DNA of 64,000 nt from Phycisphaeraceae bacterium (GTDB lineage Bacteria; Planctomycetota; Phycisphaerae; Phycisphaerales; Phycisphaeraceae), in NCBI GenBank assembly GCA_963674705.1, contig OY771506.1, positions 832,001 to 896,000 on the forward strand. The letters run 5' to 3'. A program made the translations under genes and the position numbers. This document shows, piece after piece, positions 56,557 through 64,000 of this stretch. Numbering within the stretch: position 1 is the stretch's first letter; every line of letters begins with the position of its first letter. The notes beneath the pieces were generated by a model. That model was not told the DNA's origin and ran no database searches. It saw only the letters and a program-made list of their open reading frames with translations.

Positions 56557-57522
56557 TCATCCGTAGACGACTTCGCGCACTTCGTCCTGGGCCTCGAACC
56601 ATTCGATGGTCTTCTTCAGGCCTTCCTCGAAACCTGTCTTGGCCTGCCAACCCATCGCTTCTTTGGCTTTGGATGTATCCAGGCATCGGCGGGGTTGGCC
56701 ATCCGGCTTGGTGGCATCCCATTCGATCTTGCCTTCGAACTTACAAAGCTTCGCGATCAGTTCGACCAGGTCCTTGATCTTGATCTCCATATTCGTACCG
56801 AGGTTGATCGGATCGGGTGTGTCGAGTTTTTCCGCCGCGGTAACGATGCCGTCGGCCGCATCTTCGACATAAAGAAACTCACGCGATGCGCTACCCGTGC
56901 CCCAGCAGACAATATGATCCGCACCGCTATCACGAGCTTCGACACACTTGCGGATCAGCGCGGGGATGACGTGGGATGATCTGGGGTCGAAGTTATCGTT
57001 CGGGCCGTAGAGGTTAACGGGCACGACGACGACGCCGTTCATGCCGTACTCGCGCTTGTAGCCGTCGAGCATGACAAATAACGCCTTCTTCGCCACGCCG
57101 TACGGCGCGTTGGTTTCTTCCGGGTACCCGTTCCAGAGTTCGGTTTCCTGGAAAGGTACGGGCGTGAACTTCGGGTACGCACAGACCGTGCCGGTGTGGA
57201 TGAACTTGTCCAGGCCGTGGATGCGCCCCTGCTCGATCAGGTGCATGCCCATGGCCATGTTGGCGAAGAAGAATCGGCCGGGGTGTTCGCGGTTCGCACC
57301 GATCCCCCCCACTTCCGCCGCGAGATGGATCACGACGTCCGGCTTCGCCTCCTTGTACATCCGCACGACCTCGGCCTCTTTGGTCAGATCGAAGTCGGGG
57401 TACAGCGGGACATAGATATTCTCTTCACAAACCCCCGCCTGCTTGAGCCGGGCCTGGACGTTGCGCCCAAGAAAGCCATCGCCGCCGGTGACACAGACAC
57501 GTTTATCTTTGAGGTAACTCAA
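56557..57522 (-). CDS. fcl: GDP-L-fucose synthase
   Basis: TGGDGFLG; LAAEVGGIGAN; CAYPK; PEETNAPYGVAK; NLYGPNDNF; SHVIPALI; WGTG.ASREFL; KPDGQPRR. Confidence 0.95.
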   Translation of the reverse strand: MSYLKDKRVCVTGGDGFLGRNVQARLKQAGVCEENIYVPLYPDFDLTKEAEVVRMYKEAKPDVVIHLAAEVGGIGANREHPGRFFFANMAMGMHLIEQGRIHGLDKFIHTGTVCAYPKFTPVPFQETELWNGYPEETNAPYGVAKKALFVMLDGYKREYGMNGVVVVPVNLYGPNDNFDPRSSHVIPALIRKCVEARDSGADHIVCWGTGSASREFLYVEDAADGIVTAAEKLDTPDPINLGTNMEIKIKDLVELIAKLCKFEGKIEWDATKPDGQPRRCLDTSKAKEAMGWQAKTGFEEGLKKTIEWFEAQDEVREVVYG

Positions 57523-57546
57523 CGCTGTCCTCCTAGTGGACCATAG

Positions 57547-57906
57547 TCAGCCTAGATTCAAGTCTTTAACAAAATTCAGGTCTGGGTGAATACACTCGCG
57601 AGCCAAACCCAACTCGTAACTAATCACATCAACAAGCACTTCCCAAACCAGTTCCGGAGTTGTATCAGCTTGGGTAAAGAACTTCATGCCACACTCGGGA
57701 CACCGTGAATCCCTCAAACCTCGCAATGAATACTTACAATTCCGGCAGATTTGAGCTTCGACTACGAAGTTTGATCGTGGGATCTCTTGAAGTACCAAAG
57801 CGTGTAATTTACCAACTGTATCAGCACGCGAAACCTCTTCATCAGGAAGCGAGATTCCAAACGAGTCCTCTACAGCCATCACGAGTTCAACTGAATCGAG
57901 ACCCAA
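57547..57906 (-). CDS. Circularly permuted acyl-carrier-protein-like protein with a zinc-ribbon insertion
   Basis: TTG start with AAGGA RBS. Begins GLDSVELVMAVEDSFGI.LPDEE....TVG, then CRNCKYSLRGLRDSRCPECG, and ends VWEVLVDVISYELGL....I.PD.NFVKDL (ACP helix I and loop). Confidence 0.72.
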   Translation of the reverse strand: MGLDSVELVMAVEDSFGISLPDEEVSRADTVGKLHALVLQEIPRSNFVVEAQICRNCKYSLRGLRDSRCPECGMKFFTQADTTPELVWEVLVDVISYELGLARECIHPDLNFVKDLNLG

Positions 57907-57925
57907 GATCGGCAATCCTTTATGC

Positions 57926-57946
57926 CGCTAAGCCGCAAGCGGCTTG
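57926..57946 (+). repeat. Dispersed 21-bp palindromic repeat, copy 2
   Basis: CGCTAAGCCGCAAGCGGCTTG directly after the gmd stop; matches 23520-23540 in reverse. Confidence 0.75.
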
Positions 57947-57947
57947 G

Positions 57948-59189
<1,242 letters not shown>

Positions 59190-59213
59190 CTACGTTGCAG
59201 GTCGGCAAAGGGT

Positions 59214-59942
59214 TCAGCCGCCATAGATACTGCAGCGCCCGGCAGCGAAGTCATGCCGCGTCGTGACCGCCGCGATGGTCCGTGCCAGCTTATCGCCGCC
59301 GATCGCCGAGGGCTCGATCGGGTTGGCGTAGTCCGCCGGTTTATCAAAGAGGATGCGCAGATCGATCACGGGTAAGCCGTGGCGGACCGCCGCTCGTGTG
59401 ATGATGTCGTTAAATGCGGTCAACGCCAATATAGAGACGCGCTGCTCGACCCCGTCAGCAAAGTTCGGGTCGTAAACAGTGCACACGGTAGTGGGCTTCT
59501 TCGCCGCCAGCACAGCATCGATCATCGTGTTGTAATTGCGTTCAAACTCATCACGCACACCAACCATATGCAATAAGGCCGACTGCACATCGCTCGCCGG
59601 CTTCGTTAACACGCCGCTTGCCTGTAAACCGTCGTTCCCGCCGACGCTGATCACGATGTGCGTTGCATCGTCCGGCAAACCCTTCAACTGGTTGACCACA
59701 TCCACCGTCGTGTCGCCATCCACCGCCAGCAGCGTCGCACGCCAACCGTCCGGCAGATGCTTGCGCAACTGATCGATTACGCCGGGCTCCCCCGGTTCGA
59801 CGTAAACCTGATTATCAAAAATGGAATCACCCAGCAGCACAACATGCCCGGCCTTGCGCGCACCGCTAGCACCAGAAGATAATGCAGCAACAACCGCAGC
59901 ACTTAAACTACTCATGATCATCTGCCTTCGTGAGAGTGACAT
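59214..59942 (-). CDS. SGNH/GDSL hydrolase with a Tat signal
   Basis: SRRQMI Tat-like signal; LLGDSIFDN; SVGGND; ANPIEPS. Confidence 0.82.
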   Translation of the reverse strand: MSLSRRQMIMSSLSAAVVAALSSGASGARKAGHVVLLGDSIFDNQVYVEPGEPGVIDQLRKHLPDGWRATLLAVDGDTTVDVVNQLKGLPDDATHIVISVGGNDGLQASGVLTKPASDVQSALLHMVGVRDEFERNYNTMIDAVLAAKKPTTVCTVYDPNFADGVEQRVSILALTAFNDIITRAAVRHGLPVIDLRILFDKPADYANPIEPSAIGGDKLARTIAAVTTRHDFAAGRCSIYGG

Positions 59943-60011
59943 CAGTTAATACCCTCGTGAATGACAATACTATAGCACGCTCACGAGGACATTGTGCATT
60001 GATGCAAATGT

Positions 60012-60040
60012 TGATTGCATGGCAAAGCATCATGCAATCA
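60012..60040. other. Perfect 10-bp inverted repeat (terminator or operator)
   Basis: TGATTGCATG-N9-CATGCAATCA between the PEP-CTERM and SGNH genes; no strong U-tract. Confidence 0.45.
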
Positions 60041-60086
60041 GTTAGATATCTGATGCGAATCAAATGGATGCGAAAGCAACAATCAC

Positions 60087-61052
60087 TTACTTCGTTCGCC
60101 TTCTACCATACCAGGCGGCGCCGACAAGCAGGATCACACCGGCTACCGGTTCCGGAACCTGTGTGCCGGCAGCCGGGGGCGTACCGGCGTTCCAATTACT
60201 CAGCACAACATCCAGATCATCCAGGCCGACAAAACCGTCGTTCGTCGGGTCGGCGGCGGGATCGGCAGGTGGAACAGCAAGGTTCCAATTCGCCAACACG
60301 ATATCCAGATCGTCCAGGCCGACATAACCATCCTCGTTCAGGTCGCCGATGATCGGCGTGATGAAGCCTTGAGGTACACCAAAGGTGAAGTCGTCCGCGC
60401 CGAAGTAGATGCCTCCCTCAAGCACATTCTCTTCGTTGACTTGAAGTGTTCCGGTGAGGACAACATCCGTGAAGCCGTCCGGGTCTATAAAGCCGATGAA
60501 TTCGTGCCCGAAAGACGGGTTGTCGCCGGGATACATCGCGCCGAAACCGTGCAGGACATAGCCGGGCTCGTTCGCGGTTGTGCGGTTTTCAAAAAGGACG
60601 CCGACCGACTGACCATCGGGATTGGTATCGAACCAGCCGCCGATGCCATAGATCGGTGTGGCAGATGAGACGCGGATCGTTGTGGGATAGGCTTCACCGA
60701 AGTGGTTTTCGAATAATCCCCACTGCCCGCTTCGCGCCCAGTTGTTGTTTGTCGATAGCCCGTGCTGCCTGGTACTGTACAAACTGCCCCAGACATCCTT
60801 CGCGGCCGGCCCCCACAACAAACCCTGACTGAGCACGCTTGGCTCTGCGGCCGGGTCAACGACCGTAGAACGCGTGCCGTCCCACACGGACGACTCAAAC
60901 CCTTCGGTCACCGTGTCCAGCCCGAGCTGCGCAAGCCGAGCAAGATAATCCGCCTCAACCTTGTAACGCTCCACAGCAGACTGTGCCGGTTCATGAAGCA
61001 CGCAAACCGATGTAAAAACCACCACCGCCACCACGAGCCTTGATCGCCACAT
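60087..61052 (-). CDS. PEP-CTERM protein with a dockerin-like EF-hand repeat pair
   Basis: Signal peptide; GDLNEDGYVGLDDLDIVLANWN and DPTNDGFVGLDDLDVVLSNWN; VPEP-TM-RRR. Confidence 0.88.
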   Translation of the reverse strand: MWRSRLVVAVVVFTSVCVLHEPAQSAVERYKVEADYLARLAQLGLDTVTEGFESSVWDGTRSTVVDPAAEPSVLSQGLLWGPAAKDVWGSLYSTRQHGLSTNNNWARSGQWGLFENHFGEAYPTTIRVSSATPIYGIGGWFDTNPDGQSVGVLFENRTTANEPGYVLHGFGAMYPGDNPSFGHEFIGFIDPDGFTDVVLTGTLQVNEENVLEGGIYFGADDFTFGVPQGFITPIIGDLNEDGYVGLDDLDIVLANWNLAVPPADPAADPTNDGFVGLDDLDVVLSNWNAGTPPAAGTQVPEPVAGVILLVGAAWYGRRRTK

Positions 61053-61184
61053 GGCATGCCTTTCTGAAATTGTCCATTACCGCCCAAACAAACGAGACGG
61101 CATTGTACCACGGGCATATGGCCTGCTCACGTATTTTTAGAAATAGCAAGATGTTAAAAAGAACTTGCCCGACACAGTCTGTAA

Positions 61185-61547
61185 TTAAGGCTTATTCAGA
61201 AAGATGAATGCGAAAACCGCGATAGTCACGATGACCAAGACGATCAGGATTACAATCGGTGTCCACATAGCGATCGTGCAACCGACGGGTGGTTTCATCG
61301 CATCTATTGGAATCTGACAGAGTTCGTTTGAAATCGACGCCAATGCATCGGCATTAAATTTGGGTTCATTACCCGCCTGAATCGATGCCGCCACAGCGTG
61401 AAGTTTATCCGCCGGCATGTTGTGATCGGACAGCATCAGGCTCTTAGCTTTGTCGTCCGGTTCTTCCGGCATGAAGTGACATTGCGGGCAGGGTGTGAAA
61501 GCGCCAACCTTCTCGGTACCACAGCGGATACAGATTGCCAATGTCAT
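61185..61547 (-). CDS. Hypothetical zinc-ribbon membrane protein
   Basis: CIRCG..K.GAF.PCPQC; C-terminal TM helix. Confidence 0.6.
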   Translation of the reverse strand: MTLAICIRCGTEKVGAFTPCPQCHFMPEEPDDKAKSLMLSDHNMPADKLHAVAASIQAGNEPKFNADALASISNELCQIPIDAMKPPVGCTIAMWTPIVILIVLVIVTIAVFAFIFLNKP

Positions 61548-61599
61548 TCGTATTCCCCGTATTCGTAGCGCATACGGCCAGATGTATAGATGTATGCAT

Positions 61600-63207
61600 T
61601 TATTCGACGGGCTCAATACTCTTCACATCGTAATCCCACGTCCAGTCATCGAAGTACAGGTTCACGCCGTCGACTTCGACTTCGCCGCGTTGGAAGTCGG
61701 CGGGTTCGGAGCGGAGCGATGGTTTGGGCGGGTGAAGATCGCGGCCGTAGTCGAGATTCACAATGATGCGGTAGATGTCGAGGTGGCCCAGGTAGTAGTT
61801 GCGGACATCCGGGTTATCTGATTTGCGGTAGCCGAAGGAGGGATCGGCGACGACCCAGCCGTGCGGCGGCAGGTAGATCTCGGACCAGTCGTGCATATTC
61901 TCACCGCCCGGCGTGCTGGTGAAGCCGGACTGCCAGCGTGCGGGAATCCCGACCGAGCGCATCATCGACATCAATGTGATCGCCTGCACGCCGCAGTCGC
62001 CCCGCTTGCGCTGCATGCAGATTTCTGCAAAGCTCGGGATCGTCGCGTACTCGAATTCGGGCAGCCAGCGGATATTCGCATCCCACCAGTCGAAGATTGC
62101 CTTGGCTTTGAGGTAAGGGTTGGTCTCATCGCCGACAAGCTCTTGGGTCAAAGCTGTGATCTCATTGGTGAAAACGACATGTGGCGGGCGCGGGGCAAGA
62201 TAGTGCGCGAACGCCGAACGCTCTTCTTCAGTCAGTTCACGTGTGTTCTCGGCCGTGATTACCGGGTAATGCGCCGCGATCGTGTAGGCAAAAACCTGCT
62301 CGAAAACGATCGGTTTGGTCGGATCATCGACCGTTACTTCGTAATACGTCGTGCGCTGCGGTGCGCCGCCGATCGGACCCGGGCCGTCGAAGTTGGTCGC
62401 GCTGGGTGAGATGAAAGGTTGGTAAGGTCCGCCGTCGATTGATGCGCTAACCAATTCAACATCCGATTGCTGGCGGTATTCCTGCGGGAACGGTAGCCAG
62501 ACGCGAAGCTTCGAGCCCTTTTTCATCACGTTCGGATCGGTCTGCTCGGCAGCGGGTTTCACCGTCAACGCATAACGCACGGTAAAACGGTGCGGCAGCA
62601 CGATCGGCGATTCACCGGCTTCGGCCGCAGCTTTTCCGGCAACAGCAGCCTTAGCCAGAAAATCGTTCAGCGTTTTGTTGGACCGGTCTTCATCCAGTAA
62701 CGCACCGCCCGGTTGCCCTGCTTTCCGCTTGGCGTCCCACTCGGCCTGACGCTTCTTGATCTCGTCACAGAACCGGAACATCACGCCCGGCTCACGGCGG
62801 TAATAGCAAAGCTTGCCATCGATCGTTCGGCAAACCACTTCGCCCTCTTCCACCAGACGCCGCAGGTCTTCAACCGTGAAGTCATCGATCTTTTTCTGCA
62901 CCGCGGCGACCAGGTCTTCTTCACTCTGGTTAAATTCCCGGCGGACTCGGCGGATGGTCTCCAGCGAATCATCCCGAAGCTGCCGACCCTCCGGGCCCAT
63001 GAAGTTGGCGCCTTCCCGGATCAGCAACTCCGCGTTCTTGAAGTTGCCCGACTTCAGCAGCTCGCGCGCTTTTTCGATGGCCGGATGCTCGCTGGTCCAG
63101 AACGCTGAAGCACCGGTGTTTTCCATGACTTTGTCATCAGCACCCATCGTTTCAACCGCTCCGCTCATCAGTACAATCCCAATCAACAGTAATGGTAAAC
63201 ACTTCAT
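61600..63207 (-). CDS. Secreted transglutaminase-like domain protein
   Basis: Signal peptide from MKCLPLL; LRVWLPFP; NPY.KAK.IF.W; GDCGVQA (Cys); GIPARWQSG; HDWSEIY..P.GWV.ADP. Confidence 0.85.
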   Translation of the reverse strand: MKCLPLLLIGIVLMSGAVETMGADDKVMENTGASAFWTSEHPAIEKARELLKSGNFKNAELLIREGANFMGPEGRQLRDDSLETIRRVRREFNQSEEDLVAAVQKKIDDFTVEDLRRLVEEGEVVCRTIDGKLCYYRREPGVMFRFCDEIKKRQAEWDAKRKAGQPGGALLDEDRSNKTLNDFLAKAAVAGKAAAEAGESPIVLPHRFTVRYALTVKPAAEQTDPNVMKKGSKLRVWLPFPQEYRQQSDVELVSASIDGGPYQPFISPSATNFDGPGPIGGAPQRTTYYEVTVDDPTKPIVFEQVFAYTIAAHYPVITAENTRELTEEERSAFAHYLAPRPPHVVFTNEITALTQELVGDETNPYLKAKAIFDWWDANIRWLPEFEYATIPSFAEICMQRKRGDCGVQAITLMSMMRSVGIPARWQSGFTSTPGGENMHDWSEIYLPPHGWVVADPSFGYRKSDNPDVRNYYLGHLDIYRIIVNLDYGRDLHPPKPSLRSEPADFQRGEVEVDGVNLYFDDWTWDYDVKSIEPVE

Positions 63208-63315
63208 CAGATACGCCCACCTTCTGGATGTCTGTCGCATGTCACGGCCCCAACAGGGCCGCCGCATTGTACTCACAGCCCGGCCGGAATGTGTACACTG
63301 CTGACTGATCCACCC

Positions 63316-63345
63316 CCGGAATACCCCCGGAACACTCCGGAATAC
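63316..63345 (+). repeat. Three helically phased direct repeats CCGGAAYAC in a divergent promoter region
   Basis: Copies at 63316, 63327 and 63337 (periods 11 and 10). Confidence 0.7.
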
Positions 63346-63366
63346 TCCCCGACTGGAGTCGATCTG

Positions 63367-64000
63367 ATGCCGAACCGCGGACGCAAACTGTATCTGACCG
63401 CTCAACTGCTTCTTGTCATGTTCGTTTGCCTGATAAGCGGCTGCACCAGCATGCCCGCTTGGGCCGGCGGACCGATCAAGCCCAAACCGCTTGAGCCCGG
63501 CGACACGATCATGTTCATCGCCCCGGCTGGGGACCTGAATAAAGAACGCGTCGAACTGGCCCAGAAGCGCCTCAAGGAAATGGGATTCATCATCAAGCAA
63601 CGCGACGACCTGTTCCGAAGCTACGGCTATCTTGCCGGGACGGACGAGCAACGCGCTGAAGAAATCATGCAAGCCTTCACCGATCCCGAGGTCGACGCCA
63701 TCTTCCCCGGCACGGGCGGCTACGGCACGACACGTATCCTCGATATGCTCGATTACAACGTCATCCGCAAACACCCCAAAATGCTCATCGGGTTCAGCGA
63801 CATCACCGGCCTGCACCTGGCGATCAGCCGTAAGGCCGGGCTCATCACCTTCCACTCGCCCAATCCGCAGTACGGCCTGGGCAGCGAGGGCAACTTCACT
63901 GACTTCACCGCCAAGTACTTCTGGCGTGCGATCCTCAAATCAAGCTACTACGACGAAAACGGCAAGCGCAAAGCGCCGGGCTGGACGTACGAGATCCCCG
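63367..64000 (+). CDS. ldcA: LD-carboxypeptidase (peptidase S66) lipoprotein; truncated at the window edge
   Basis: Missing from the ORF track. Manual translation: lipobox ISGC; KPKPL.PGDTI.FIAPA; YLAGTDEQRA; GGYGTTRIL; IGFSDIT.LH; TFHSP. Confidence 0.9.
   Translation, partial: MPNRGRKLYLTAQLLLVMFVCLISGCTSMPAWAGGPIKPKPLEPGDTIMFIAPAGDLNKERVELAQKRLKEMGFIIKQRDDLFRSYGYLAGTDEQRAEEIMQAFTDPEVDAIFPGTGGYGTTRILDMLDYNVIRKHPKMLIGFSDITGLHLAISRKAGLITFHSPNPQYGLGSEGNFTDFTAKYFWRAILKSSYYDENGKRKAPGWTYEIP

Noticed and set aside
63208..63855. N-terminal 200+ aa of the 751-aa ORF 61600-63855
   Set aside because: Overlaps the plus-strand LD-carboxypeptidase; the real start is near 63207 or 63240, where a signal peptide begins

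Overview
Bacterial chromosomal window, GC-rich and gene-dense. The gene content points to a planctomycete of class Phycisphaerae; this is an inference from PEP-CTERM proteins with dockerin-like repeats, an H-X9-DG-like domain, CxxC..Y.L.GL..CPECG zinc ribbons, an AroD-AroE fusion and many ECF sigma/anti-sigma pairs. Recognisable content: the start of an alternative complex III operon (actA, truncated actB), SurA-like PPIase, YraN, two transglutaminase-like proteins, GH9 plus polysaccharide deacetylase, two ECF sigma/anti-sigma pairs, two M50 peptidases, a sigma54-dependent thiol/redox-type operon (GAF-AAA+ activator, AhpD, cysteine hydrolase, YHS, DUF1348) with a clear -24/-12 promoter, a cytochrome b562-like lipoprotein with a PepSY-TM protein, DUF1015, a 1546-aa autotransporter, PfkB/FSA pair, aroDE, CE7 esterase, glf/GT2, GH78, gmd/fcl and an S66 LD-carboxypeptidase (truncated). 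I saw no rRNA, tRNA, CRISPR array, integrase or transposase. The most unusual signals are: (1) an 81-bp duplicated 3' end of the DUF1015 gene with only synonymous mismatches, bracketing a 287-bp one-gene cassette; (2) a circularly permuted acyl-carrier protein with a zinc-ribbon insert between gmd and fcl; (3) three genes split by single-base frameshifts at simple repeats; (4) an 11x GGGGTGT G-quadruplex-type array upstream of a gene; (5) an abrupt strand-composition flip at a non-coding region rich in REP-like and GGCGGAC motifs near 25.7 kb. All family calls come from motif recognition by eye, not from database searches.
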